A stretch of DNA of 64,000 nucleotides. Source: a virus (Duplodnaviria; Caudoviricetes). Shown piece by piece: positions 37,566 to 46,704 of this stretch (positions are counted from its first letter, which is position 1; each line of letters starts with the position of its first letter). The notes under the pieces are model-generated. The model did not search any database, had not been told where the DNA came from, and saw nothing but the letters and a program-made list of their open reading frames with translations. The translations under genes were made by a program, and so were the position numbers. Location of the stretch: the IMG/VR virus record IMGVR_UViG_3300033067_001837, positions 32,001 through 96,000 of that record. One strand, written 5' to 3'.

Positions 37566-37961
37566 ACGGTGGCTCCCGGCGAGTCATTATACGCCAATTT
37601 TACGGTTTTTTTGGATAGGCACAGTCGATTCAGCATTCTACTGGGGTTTGATAAGCGGAATGAATTGATCATGTTTTACATCCTCACGGAAGACAAAGCG
37701 ACAAACTATGCGACTGATAAAATAGCGTTGATAATGGCGTAACGAAACTCCGAATCAATCCAGATGTACGCATTATGTTTCCGCACTAAATTAATCCACT
37801 ATCCAGACAACCACCAAGGTCAAAAATAGCACATTCGTTTAACGTAATTCGACAGGCACTATCAAACCAACAATTCATTTGAACTCCGAAAAACTCAGTA
37901 ACGTTCGTTGCTATTCCTAATTCCAGCAGAGTTAAAATCGTAAATCTACATCTAATCAACA

Positions 37962-38216
37962 TTAGATTAAATCTCCCTTCGCACTCATATCATACTGCAT
38001 TTCTAAGTCAATCAATTTCACCAATCCCATAAACGCATTCCAATCGTCCCTATAAATCTCAATGTTCGGATTACTGTATCCGATATGACCAATCACTACG
38101 GTACTGTATTCTGGATTTTCTTGGTTGGCTTCAACTTCAGCAATAAACGGGCAATCTTCTGTCATCAACAGCACGTTCTTGGTTTTAGGATGAACAACTC
38201 TCATACTCCATCCCAC
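37962..38216 (-). CDS. Hypothetical protein
   Basis: Overlaps the lysozyme stop codon; protein-like composition. Confidence 0.5.
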   Translation of the reverse strand: MGWSMRVVHPKTKNVLLMTEDCPFIAEVEANQENPEYSTVVIGHIGYSNPNIEIYRDDWNAFMGLVKLIDLEMQYDMSAKGDLI

Positions 38217-38647
38217 TCGGTTCCAGTACGAATTGCATGAACAATCCGTGGCCCACGTAACTTCACTTGCTTAAACCAGCGCGATTGGATCAGCGCATCC
38301 GCCGCTTTGTCCCAATCACCACTCTTCGCGGCATGAAGAAATCGCCGGAAGTCACCGAGCTTGTAACCCAGGTTCACTGAAAGGTTGATCATTGATCTTT
38401 GCCTTACGTCATCTAGCTTTCTCCATCCTGGTAAAATACTATCTAGCTTCCTTTCCGCATCTTTGATGTCATTTTCCAAGATAGAAATCGCCTGGTCTTT
38501 CGTAATCTCGCCAAACGACTCTCCTTTTTTTATGAGATGACCAACCCCTATTGTCAAAAAACCTAAAGAATCACGATAAGGCTTTAAAACCATTCCTTCG
38601 TCACGAATAAGCTCCTTAACCAACAACTCAAAATTATATAATTCCAT
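38201..38647 (-). CDS. Endolysin, GH24 (T4-like) lysozyme
   Basis: LIRDEG...YRDSLGFLTIGVGHL gives the E/D/T catalytic pattern; also SRWFKQV. Confidence 0.92.
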   Translation of the reverse strand: MELYNFELLVKELIRDEGMVLKPYRDSLGFLTIGVGHLIKKGESFGEITKDQAISILENDIKDAERKLDSILPGWRKLDDVRQRSMINLSVNLGYKLGDFRRFLHAAKSGDWDKAADALIQSRWFKQVKLRGPRIVHAIRTGTEWDGV

Positions 38648-38689
38648 GCTTTACTGACTCCAAAGCTTTACCGTTCTTTATTTTCCCTA

Positions 38690-38905
38690 CTACCGTTTCG
38701 GTATTGCAGGGGGATCATCGTTTGCTGTCCATTTCGTGCGGACATCAGCCCATTCTCCAACTTTCTGATATTCATCACAGAGTCCAGGGAATTCTTCCCG
38801 CTGAAGTTCACAGTAGAAAATATCGGGGTCGTCATCTTTAAACCAGCGGCAAGAATAGCAAGCTAAGGCCGAAGAATCTGTACGTTTTTGCAATTGCCCT
38901 TTCAC
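38690..38905 (-). CDS. Small Cys-rich protein (71 aa)
   Basis: GTGA-coupled start at 38905; CYSC...YC...LC. Confidence 0.45.
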   Translation of the reverse strand: MKGQLQKRTDSSALACYSCRWFKDDDPDIFYCELQREEFPGLCDEYQKVGEWADVRTKWTANDDPPAIPKR

Positions 38906-39015
38906 GACATCAGCACCGCGATACCTGCAAATAGGCCCATTACGCCGCCAATAATCACGATGAAGGTGGTTAGGATGATGGCGATGAATCCGAGCAATCC
39001 AATGATGACTTTCAT
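38902..39015 (-). CDS. 37-aa hydrophobic membrane peptide (not in ORF track)
   Basis: ATGA-coupled to the upstream stop; MKVIIGLLGFIAIILTTFIVIIGGVMGLFAGIAVLMS. Confidence 0.55.
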   Translation of the reverse strand: MKVIIGLLGFIAIILTTFIVIIGGVMGLFAGIAVLMS

Positions 39016-39656
39016 GTCGCTTTTTCAATCACAGTGAAGGTAGCGGTTCCACCCACCCACGGATTCACCACAAAGCGAATGGCGCGAGCCACATGAGTAA
39101 TGGTGTGCGCGGCAGATGCCGTTCCTGTGACCACGGCGCTGGCAATGGGGTAAGCGTCCCATTCCTGGAAACCCACAGCTTGTACGTCGTCATAGGTGGA
39201 TTGCATGGTAAACGTCAGATTGGCGCTGGTGCTGAGTTCAATGCCAATACCGATCACCGGACTGGAATACTGATCCAGAGGAATCCAGCCGGTTGCGCCT
39301 TGCGCGGCAAAGCCCACGGTAATCGCGCCCGTGGTGGCGTCGCTGACATACACCGAAGTAATGGTTTGGAAATTGACGTTGTAAACCGTTGTCGCCGCGC
39401 CACTGGCTCCTGCCGTGGTATACACCATCGGATTGCCGTTGCGATCCGTTCCGGTAATCGTGAAAGTTTTAGTGTTTTCCGCAGCAGCGGTGACGATAGT
39501 GAGATGACGGGGATTGGTGGGCGCAGTATAGACGCCACCCGAGGTATTCGCGCCGTCAATATCCAGGAACCCGGCCCCTGTGGGCGTTTGAGAAGCACAA
39601 ACAGCATTGCCTACGGCGGCGCTGAGAGTAATTGATTGGGTGGTGACTCGTTGCAT
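39012..39656 (-). CDS. Virion structural protein (head-associated)
   Basis: T/A/G-rich beta protein; FTITGTDRNG resembles VLVTGYDQY in the neighbouring gene. Confidence 0.7.
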   Translation of the reverse strand: MQRVTTQSITLSAAVGNAVCASQTPTGAGFLDIDGANTSGGVYTAPTNPRHLTIVTAAAENTKTFTITGTDRNGNPMVYTTAGASGAATTVYNVNFQTITSVYVSDATTGAITVGFAAQGATGWIPLDQYSSPVIGIGIELSTSANLTFTMQSTYDDVQAVGFQEWDAYPIASAVVTGTASAAHTITHVARAIRFVVNPWVGGTATFTVIEKAT

Positions 39657-39714
39657 TCCTACACCTCAAGAATCCATCAATGGAAGCGGGCTGTCCTCTC
39701 GACAGTCCAAAACG

Positions 39715-39736
39715 AAAAAGCCCCTTGCGGGGCTTC
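39715..39736 (-). terminator. Intrinsic terminator
   Basis: AAGCCCC-GCAA-GGGGCTT-TT on the minus strand. Confidence 0.65.
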
Positions 39737-39743
39737 GTTAAAT

Positions 39744-40520
39744 TCAGGCTTGCGTAATACCACGTAAACCCGTGGTGCTGTTAGGATCAGCAACGTGCAT
39801 CCAGCCTTTATAGGTCTTGGTACCGTTCATATTGCCGACTGTCGCCACTGCAATAGTCCCTCTTGGGTCACCAGTTACTGTGGTGGCCGGGTCGGTAGTG
39901 ACCGCAATCGCAATCGCCGATGGAACATCCAGAGCGCCATCAAAAAACATCGACAGCAAGTCAGACTTTTCTGCCAGTTTGTAGGGCAACCCTAACAGCG
40001 AACCAAAACCGACATTGATCACTTTAGCTGAATCATCGGCGTCCGAAGTCAGTGCAATACTGCGGATATACTTGAATGCCTTAAGACCCACGACCGCTGT
40101 TCCTGCTGCGGCAATTGCTAGTGATTCAGTCATAGGTGCTTTATATTGGTCGTACCCGGTAACAAGAACCGTAATATTACCTACCGCTGTATTAATCGCA
40201 GCAGTCACATTTCGCGGGACATCCAATGGCATCACGGTCTGTCCGTTAACGGTCGTGGTGCCTAATAGTGCAGTTTGATCCAGCGGGGAGGCAGGATAGG
40301 TGTCGGCGGTAATAGTAATTGTATTCGCGTTAGGGGCTTCGGTAGCACCCGTTGCGCCTTTTACAATACCGGCTGCTACAGCCAGCTTGGGAGCGCCCAA
40401 ATCAATCTTGGTCATGATATTAACCGGAACACCAGCGCGGCCATTGACGCCATAAACGCCACCGTCATAACCAGCACCAATATAAACTTGATCCGCACGG
40501 GAAAGGGTTTGTTTCGACAT
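39744..40520 (-). CDS. Virion structural protein (capsid decoration-like)
   Basis: Follows the capsid gene; LDVPRNV, GLKAFKYI, LGLPYKL and TGDPRGT; GGAG SD. Confidence 0.7.
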   Translation of the reverse strand: MSKQTLSRADQVYIGAGYDGGVYGVNGRAGVPVNIMTKIDLGAPKLAVAAGIVKGATGATEAPNANTITITADTYPASPLDQTALLGTTTVNGQTVMPLDVPRNVTAAINTAVGNITVLVTGYDQYKAPMTESLAIAAAGTAVVGLKAFKYIRSIALTSDADDSAKVINVGFGSLLGLPYKLAEKSDLLSMFFDGALDVPSAIAIAVTTDPATTVTGDPRGTIAVATVGNMNGTKTYKGWMHVADPNSTTGLRGITQA

Positions 40521-40666
40521 ATTTGTTCTCCATTGTCTGCTCTCTCAGCAGTCAACGCTCACATGAGCAGAGATTAAAAAAATCCGCCGTTAGGGCAGAT
40601 GGGGAAGGTAGGAAAAGTTAAACAAAAACAGATGGTTTTGTCAATAGATTCATGAATCGCAAGCAC

Positions 40667-40702
40667 AAAAAAATCCCCGAGTTGGGGAAACAACTCGGGG
40701 CT
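40667..40702 (-). terminator. Intrinsic terminator of the major capsid gene
   Basis: 10-bp stem CCCCGAGTTG/CAACTCGGGG followed by a T run on the minus strand. Confidence 0.75.
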
Positions 40703-40812
40703 TAGGTTTTTCAATCAGGCGAGATTAAAAATCCCGTTTATCAACTACAGACTCCATTAACAATTGAGTCTGTAGTTTACATTAGGCTTGTCTAAACGCC
40801 AACAAGTTTACA

Positions 40813-41721
40813 TCAGGCGCCCTCTGAGCCATACATACCGCGAGGGTCAGAAAATCCGAACGCGAACCGCTGACGAGCGCGGAACACCAGATTACCAGTG
40901 TTAAAATCTTCATCAGAGCCGCGTTCCAGCGCCTTCCGATTGAAGAACTTCATGCCGTCCATGCAGTCGGTTTTCACGAACCATTGATCAGCATCGGTCA
41001 ACCGAGTCACCACGGCAGGCATTTCCGGGAATACACCCAGAGTGCGAATCGCGTTGATGTCGTTGTCATTCGTCCCGGTGCGCAGGGTAGAACGCAGCAG
41101 CCGAGCGGCTACATACTCCAACTGCGGGGGGATAATGATTTTCTTCGGCTTCAACGAAATCGGCAGTCCGCGATCATCCACCGCCGTCCGAATCTGAATC
41201 GAAATATCTTCCAGCGCTGTTTCCGACAGGTCAGATGCCGTAGACAGCTTGTTGCTGAACGTACCGCCCCACAGCAGCGGGTGATCCGTTGCCAACAGTG
41301 ACTTGCCGTCGCCGCCCAGGTAGCTGCCGCTTGTCGCCCGGTTCAGGACGTTAGCACCCATCACCTCGACGGTTTCGCGCATCGACCGGGCCATGGCGCG
41401 AGCGTAACGAGAACCCAGTTGCATGTACAGATTATCTTCCAGAGCTTCCTGGGTGACACTGAATTTCATGCCCACAGTAACCATCTGATACCGAGAAGAC
41501 CAACCCTGGCGGGCCTCGTCCTCAGCAAAGGCTTCACCCTCACCCTTCAGCGGGGCCGGGCCAAATCCGGTCATCAGGACATCTTCCTCGAATGCTTTGT
41601 TCGAGGTAAAGGTATCGAACACCTCGGTATATTCCACCGGATATTCATTGTAAGACATACCGAAGTGCGCATTAAGACCTTCGGTCAGGTCGCGTGGAAA
41701 TGAAGCTCTTGTAATTGCCAT
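40813..41721 (-). CDS. Major capsid protein
   Basis: MAITRASF...EGLNAHFG...FEED...K-x-EG...GGDGKSLLATDHP...RQRFAFGFSDPRGMYGSEGA; position after the scaffold. Confidence 0.9.
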   Translation of the reverse strand: MAITRASFPRDLTEGLNAHFGMSYNEYPVEYTEVFDTFTSNKAFEEDVLMTGFGPAPLKGEGEAFAEDEARQGWSSRYQMVTVGMKFSVTQEALEDNLYMQLGSRYARAMARSMRETVEVMGANVLNRATSGSYLGGDGKSLLATDHPLLWGGTFSNKLSTASDLSETALEDISIQIRTAVDDRGLPISLKPKKIIIPPQLEYVAARLLRSTLRTGTNDNDINAIRTLGVFPEMPAVVTRLTDADQWFVKTDCMDGMKFFNRKALERGSDEDFNTGNLVFRARQRFAFGFSDPRGMYGSEGA

Positions 41722-41754
41722 GATATGTTTTCCTTAGCGGTCAGGGGTCAGCGA

Positions 41755-42324
41755 TTAAACGCCAATAACGCCAGCAGTCGGGGTGCCAGTCTTATAAGCA
41801 TGTTCCACAAAAATACCCTCAACCTTTGCATAAGCGCCATAAGCGTTATTGGGGCGAGGCACTAACCGTATAATCTGGAAATTCTTGCCGGAAGTTGCAC
41901 CAGCACTGGCGATAATATAGCTACCACTCATTCCCGTGGTTGCACTACCTGTTCCCGCATGAACATCCGCCAATAGACCAATATCGGCCTCATTGACCGT
42001 ATCACCCTGTACTTCAAAAACAATCGTCGGGTCGTCATAAACCAGAGCGACCGCATTGGTTGCGCTGACGCTACCCGGCCAATAAGCGGAAAACTTCACA
42101 CTACCGTCCGCAGCAATATAACGGCAACCGGCGAAAACGCCGATATTGAGTTCATCCGTTTCATCCGCCTTGGCAATACCGTTACCAGTACCGGTCAGCT
42201 TTACTTTGTCGCCGCTATAAATAACGGCGGTAGTCGTAGCAATCGAGTATTCGGTCAGACTAATATTGCCGCCACCCAGTTTGCGAACAGCTTTCAGGCC
42301 GCGAGGCCCATTAGTGTTAGCCAT
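41755..42324 (-). CDS. Capsid-associated (minor capsid/decoration) protein
   Basis: MANTNGPRGL...IYSGD...GVFAGC...VYDDP, directly upstream of the capsid gene. Confidence 0.75.
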   Translation of the reverse strand: MANTNGPRGLKAVRKLGGGNISLTEYSIATTTAVIYSGDKVKLTGTGNGIAKADETDELNIGVFAGCRYIAADGSVKFSAYWPGSVSATNAVALVYDDPTIVFEVQGDTVNEADIGLLADVHAGTGSATTGMSGSYIIASAGATSGKNFQIIRLVPRPNNAYGAYAKVEGIFVEHAYKTGTPTAGVIGV

Positions 42325-42365
42325 GTTTCAACTCCATACTGTCTCACGACAGTCATTAGTAAAAG

Positions 42366-42932
42366 TTAATCGTCGGCAATCTTGGGACGCCGACCAGTTG
42401 ATATTTTGCGTTCAAACTTATCGACTTCACCGGCGCTAAACCCATGTCCACCCGGCATGGTTTGCGACAGATAGCGTTCAATCCCGGAGGTTTGGTTGCG
42501 CGTAAGTCGATCTATAAACTCTTTCTGACGCTGATGGATGTTTTCAGGGCGCTCCATCAGAATCATGTCGCCATTACTGATCACTTCGCCATACCGGGCG
42601 TGCTGCACGGTCGGGCAAAAGAACCCAGGCGGGACCGTATCCGCAGCGCGGGGGTTCCAACCCTCATTGCGCTTGCGCATCATATTGGATACGTCGTCAG
42701 TACCCAGCGTCGAAATCCTGACCCATCGTTGCACAAAACCCGGTCGCGCCTCGGGAGCGCTGGTCATCATCGGTTGCTGCCACTGATCATCACCTGAAGG
42801 TTCATGGATCGGTTCAGCATCCCGTGTTTCCTGAGTGCGGGAAAGACGTTGACGGTCGTTTTTTTCGACGGCCTCTTTGAGAAGGGTGTCTGCCATAAGA
42901 ATCTCCTGAGAAGTGGTTTTAGAGCGGGTCAT
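42366..42932 (-). CDS. Conserved head-cluster protein
   Basis: PEARPGFVQRWVR...GW...GDMILMERP; lies between scaffold and capsid genes. The start could instead be ATG 42896. Confidence 0.7.
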   Translation of the reverse strand: MTRSKTTSQEILMADTLLKEAVEKNDRQRLSRTQETRDAEPIHEPSGDDQWQQPMMTSAPEARPGFVQRWVRISTLGTDDVSNMMRKRNEGWNPRAADTVPPGFFCPTVQHARYGEVISNGDMILMERPENIHQRQKEFIDRLTRNQTSGIERYLSQTMPGGHGFSAGEVDKFERKISTGRRPKIADD

Positions 42933-43881
42933 TCCGCTTTATCCACGCTTTACGATGTTCGGGTTTATTGGGATCGAAGCCATACTTCCGCATAGTTTCC
43001 AAATCCCCACTGGTCAGGCGACGAGCGGGCGTTCGGGTTTCAGCGGTCGATTGACCGTCTGCCGAAGAACCGGCGACACGAGCCTTGGGGGCGGGACGGG
43101 GTGGCGGGGCGTCTGCAACCTTTTCAGCTACGGAAGCTGATTTCTTGGCTAGACGAGGCACCACAGTATGAAGCCGCCGATCCAATTCCTGATACATCTC
43201 AGAATCATCTGGGCTAAACCCTTCTTCCTGCAAGTCCGCATCCAATTGGCGCGCATAGTTCGCGGCTTTTGGATCGTGACCATCGACATACCAGCGATTC
43301 TGTTTCAACCACTCGCGAGTTCCTGACGGTAAATTCTCGGGAATCGTTGGCACGTCAGCCGGTTTCTCAGAGGCCGGAGGCTGCTGGAATTTCTGTGCTT
43401 GTTCCTTGGCGAGTTCGGTCTGCCTGCGCTTTTCAGCCCATTGCTCCCGTAACTCAAACATCTGATCCTGTGCGGAAATTTGGGCCTCAATATCACCCTC
43501 TTCGACCGCCTTGCGATAATTCGCACGAGCCGCATCCAGTTGGCTCTTGACTTGATATTCCGAATAAGCGACCTGTTGCTGCAATTCAGAAAACTCGCGT
43601 GCCGTATGCTTTGCCTCGATGGTTTCCACCTTAGCTTGCATTTGCTGCACTCGCATTTCGAGTTCCCGTTTTTCGCGGGTCAGCTTATCAATACGCTTTT
43701 GAACCTTGCGTCCGTAAGATTCCTTTCCCTCGCCGCTGGCCGATTCGGTTTGGGTAGGAGATTCTTCTTTCTTGGGTTCAGGAATTTCGGGTTCAGAGGT
43801 TGTTTCCTCTTCCGAAAACTCTTCGTCTAAAACATCATCCTCAAAGAGATCGTCACCATCTCTATCATCAATTTTTGACAC
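42919..43881 (-). CDS. Putative scaffolding protein
   Basis: Acidic N-terminus, YGRKVQKRIDKLT coiled coil, WLKQNRWY; GGAG SD with GTG start. Confidence 0.75.
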   Translation of the reverse strand: MSKIDDRDGDDLFEDDVLDEEFSEEETTSEPEIPEPKKEESPTQTESASGEGKESYGRKVQKRIDKLTREKRELEMRVQQMQAKVETIEAKHTAREFSELQQQVAYSEYQVKSQLDAARANYRKAVEEGDIEAQISAQDQMFELREQWAEKRRQTELAKEQAQKFQQPPASEKPADVPTIPENLPSGTREWLKQNRWYVDGHDPKAANYARQLDADLQEEGFSPDDSEMYQELDRRLHTVVPRLAKKSASVAEKVADAPPPRPAPKARVAGSSADGQSTAETRTPARRLTSGDLETMRKYGFDPNKPEHRKAWIKRNDPL

Positions 43882-43963
43882 AAAGGCTCCGTCTGTCTCA
43901 CGACAGTCAACGCGATAGCGAATCGCGAGTTACGCTAGGCAATCACCGAAGTGATTGAATGAC

Positions 43964-44038
43964 TGGTAGCAGAAACTGGATTTGCACCAGTGATCTTTGG
44001 TTTATGAGACCAACGAGATACTACTTCTCTATTCTGCA
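43964..44038 (-). tRNA. tRNA with CAT anticodon (Met; 1:72 mismatch as in initiator tRNAs), CCA encoded
   Basis: Cloverleaf: acceptor GCAGAA/TTCTGC, D-stem GAG/CTC, anticodon arm TTGGT-CTCATAA-ACCAA, T-arm ACTGG-TGCAAAT-CCAGT, 3' ACCA. Confidence 0.8.
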
Positions 44039-44247
44039 ATTGTTTTTTTCTGTGCTTCCTGGATAATCGTGAATAGCGTTTGCACGTTGGAAGCGTTTGG
44101 ATTAGGAACTTTATTCATCAACTCCGTAATCACCGCGTTCACCGATTCTTGTTGGGCATCGGTAGCCCAGACATGACGCTGGTGAATTTTCAGAGAGTTG
44201 TGTTCGGAAACCGCCACAGTAACGATAAACAGCAGTTCGTCGTTCAT
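44029..44247 (-). CDS. Hypothetical protein
   Basis: TGATG-coupled to groES; its stop lies inside the 5' end of the tRNA. Confidence 0.5.
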   Translation of the reverse strand: MNDELLFIVTVAVSEHNSLKIHQRHVWATDAQQESVNAVITELMNKVPNPNASNVQTLFTIIQEAQKKTIAE

Positions 44248-44606
44248 CAGATGTAAATCCGCACGACATTGGGATTATCTACCCGTGCCAAAACCTCATC
44301 GTCGTTCAATAGGCGATAGGCGATATAACCGCCCGATCCGTCTTTCACTTCCATCTTCTGACCGGCATAGCGTCCGTGGGCGACATAATCCCCCACCTGG
44401 CACCAGCGGCGCTGATTGAATTTGGGATGCTGATAACAATCGTCGCCCATGGCCACGACTTTACCGACATACGTTAAATGTCCTTGCGCCTCTTGCGTTT
44501 CGGTCGCCAGGATAATGCCGCCCTTGGATTTCTCTTCGGCGCGCAGGGGTTCAATCAGCAGGCGATAGCCCACCGGCTCAATCGGAAGATTGGATTCTGA
44601 GTTCAT
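44247..44606 (-). CDS. groES: GroES-like co-chaperonin
   Basis: PVGYRLLI...KSKGGIIL...GKVVAMG...VGDYV...YAG...LLNDDEVLA. Confidence 0.9.
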   Translation of the reverse strand: MNSESNLPIEPVGYRLLIEPLRAEEKSKGGIILATETQEAQGHLTYVGKVVAMGDDCYQHPKFNQRRWCQVGDYVAHGRYAGQKMEVKDGSGGYIAYRLLNDDEVLARVDNPNVVRIYI

Positions 44607-44768
44607 AGGTCTCGCCGCTGTGAAGCGGTAATAAAAAATAGGGCATAAAAAAACCTGCTTTTCTCAGGTTTTTTCCATTCGTCACCACTTGTGACAAAAA
44701 TAATTTGTTTTGTCAATACCTTTGTTCATCTTTTTCTCCACGAGAGACTCCGGCATGTTAACTTGGTA

Positions 44769-44824
44769 CGCTAGTTGGTTAATCCAGCTTGGCAAGCCCC
44801 GTACTTTAGGGCGGGGTTATTAAC
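44769..44824 (-). mobile_element. Possible remnant end of an IS200/IS605-superfamily (IscB/HEARO-type) element
   Basis: Minus strand reads GTTAATAACCCCGCCCTAAAGTACGGGGCTTG...AAGC...ATTAACCA, resembling the terminal hairpin of such elements; no associated ORF. Confidence 0.35.
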
Positions 44825-45005
44825 CTTCCATCACAAATTGCTGAATCGTGTCGTTTAACTTATCCAGCGCGTAAACTAATCCTTTACGAAAACCAATGCG
44901 GAACTTGTAGTCGTCAAAGGTACTGCAACTTCCGCTGGCAATCGATTCTGCTTGTTCCTGGATCAGTTCGCGCAAGGTCGTTTGGTAGGACTCGATAAAA
45001 TCCAT
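44820..45005 (-). CDS. Small conserved head-cluster protein
   Basis: IASGSCSTFDDYKFRIGFRKGL, of the kind often found just before phage groES; GGGAGG SD. Confidence 0.7.
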   Translation of the reverse strand: MDFIESYQTTLRELIQEQAESIASGSCSTFDDYKFRIGFRKGLVYALDKLNDTIQQFVMEG

Positions 45006-45178
45006 TATCCCTCCCGTTTCTTGGTAGGCTTACGAACTAGCCTCTCGCTATCTACTTTAGGAAGCGATGGTTTACGAATCGGCCTTTCACCATCAATCAT
45101 CATCGATAATGGCTTGGTTCTACGCTTCATCGGACGAGGTCCATCGGGAAGGTCGGCGATTTTGCGGGGGATCATCAT
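45005..45178 (-). CDS. Small basic protein, 57 aa (not in ORF track)
   Basis: MMIPRKIADLPDGPRPMKRRTKP...KPTKKREG; translationally coupled on both sides. Confidence 0.55.
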   Translation of the reverse strand: MMIPRKIADLPDGPRPMKRRTKPLSMMIDGERPIRKPSLPKVDSERLVRKPTKKREG

Positions 45179-45366
45179 CACCGCTTTCTCTTTGGGTTCA
45201 GTACATCCTTGGGCTTGGTCGGAGACGGCATTGCTGTACCGACCTTTGCACCTTCTACCATATCCGCCGCCCCGGCTTTTCGCGACCGGGTTTTCATGGC
45301 GCTTTCGGTGGCCTTGGGTGGAGAGGGGGATTTAATGAAATTAGGCATCTTGTCACGAGTCATCAT
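45178..45366 (-). CDS. Small basic protein
   Basis: GGAG SD; K/P-rich. Confidence 0.55.
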   Translation of the reverse strand: MMTRDKMPNFIKSPSPPKATESAMKTRSRKAGAADMVEGAKVGTAMPSPTKPKDVLNPKRKR

Positions 45367-45559
45367 GGGCTACTCCATAAATATAAAACGGGTAGTTGTT
45401 TTCTACAAACTGACTGGATTTACACATGCGATAAGCATGGAACCCCATCAGCGGGTGTTGTTGATATTCAATATAGCGCTGACAGTCTGCTTGTTTCAGA
45501 CAACCTTTCAACGCCATACACCCAGATAGAGGGCGTCCATCGTGGGTGCCATCCATCAA
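45353..45559 (-). CDS. Hypothetical small Cys-containing protein
   Basis: Its start overlaps the stop of the upstream gene. Confidence 0.4.
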   Translation of the reverse strand: MMDGTHDGRPLSGCMALKGCLKQADCQRYIEYQQHPLMGFHAYRMCKSSQFVENNYPFYIYGVAHDDS

Positions 45560-45939
45560 GGGTTAACGCCCATTGGCGTCACCGCTTCCCAATGCGGTGC
45601 AGACAATGGATCGTCCGTAATCACTGCCTCTGCTTCCGCTTCACGATAGGAACGCAGCGCATTGGCTAAAACCAACAGGGTGGCGTTGTTCACCAGTGCT
45701 TGTGAAGGATGATCGTCATCTTCAGGGAATAACGACCATTCGACTTCGCTTGCCGCTTCCCAGACATCGAGTAGTCGCCCATCGGCATTCAAAACGCACG
45801 CTTCGGCGTCAATCTCGTCGAACGTCTGAGCCACCGCCTCTCCTAATTCAATCAAAGGATGAACGGGAACCTCCATCAAACACTGAGTCACTGCGTTTTC
45901 AACAGCGGTCAAAAAGCTTTCTTTCAATTCGCGGTTCAT
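45556..45939 (-). CDS. Acidic hypothetical protein
   Basis: Likely start ATG 45939 after GGAGG; has its own promoter at 45977-46006. Confidence 0.6.
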   Translation of the reverse strand: MNRELKESFLTAVENAVTQCLMEVPVHPLIELGEAVAQTFDEIDAEACVLNADGRLLDVWEAASEVEWSLFPEDDDHPSQALVNNATLLVLANALRSYREAEAEAVITDDPLSAPHWEAVTPMGVNP

Positions 45940-45976
45940 CAATTCCTCCGAGAGAAACCTGTGGCTTGAGGATAAG

Positions 45977-46006
45977 ATTATATACTCTACCAATGTGGTT
46001 AGTCAA
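45977..46006 (-). promoter_or_regulatory. Sigma70-like promoter with operator-like motif in the spacer
   Basis: TTGACT-N18-TATAAT with AACCACATTGGTAG in the spacer. Confidence 0.65.
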
Positions 46007-46029
46007 TTTCAAGTTAAAACATGGGTCAA

Positions 46030-46051
46030 CAAAAACCCCGCAAGCGGGGGT
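46030..46051 (-). terminator. Intrinsic terminator
   Basis: CCCCGC-TT-GCGGGG followed by TTTTT. Confidence 0.6.
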
Positions 46052-46068
46052 CATTGGGAAACTAAAAT

Positions 46069-46704
46069 TTAACCAAATCCTTCTGGAAAATATCGTGGTA
46101 AAGAACCTGCGGCAGGAGGCGCAAACCATTCACCTCGTACCAGATAAGTTGCTGCATCAGTATGTAATGCATGTTCATCACAAAAATGATTATGTGCTTT
46201 ACGGTAAGCAACCAGTTCCAATTCCGAACTATTACCTACTTGCAATTCGCGTAATCTATATTCGGGATTGCGAGAAATTCCTAACTTGATATTTCCTGTC
46301 GCCTTCTCGCGGATTGCGTACACATACATATCTGGAAAGTCGTCTGGAATCTCAAAACTACGCAGTGCATTAATAATTACTGTTGCATCCTGAATTGAGT
46401 CAATCATTTCTACGAGCATATCAACGCCACCTAACCAAGCAGAAAATGCTATAGCAAGTTTTGGATGCATCCATGTCGATCCTTTAATTCAGCCTCTTGT
46501 GGTTGTGCAGTACGATGATATGTTCTCGTGTTTACGCTTTAGAACCTCGATGTATTTCTGTGTACTAGCTAATACCAACCAATCTACAGGACGCTTACCA
46601 AAATGCGCCGCAGCCTTGGTGGCGTTAAGCCAACCCTCTTCGTTGAATTCGCAAACCAAATCATTGTGATCCATGGAAATTATAGTAGACTGGGCGCTGC
46701 TCAT
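46069..46704 (-). pseudogene. KilA-N + GIY-YIG/T5orf172-like gene interrupted by one in-frame TGA (46489-46491)
   Basis: One frame reads ...WLNATKAA...TTRG*IKGSTWMHPKLAIAFSAWL (KilA-N), then YVYAIRE...IKLGISRNPEYRLRELQVGN...RGEWF (T5orf172/GIY-YIG-like). Confidence 0.75.

Noticed and set aside
37345-37587. 80-aa ORF from the track
   Set aside because: A different frame (37398-37565) gives a clear two-TM holin-like protein with an SD.
38690-39028. 112-aa ORF with a His-rich N-terminus
   Set aside because: The His-rich part is the off-frame reading of a 37-aa hydrophobic ORF; two coupled small genes explain the region better.
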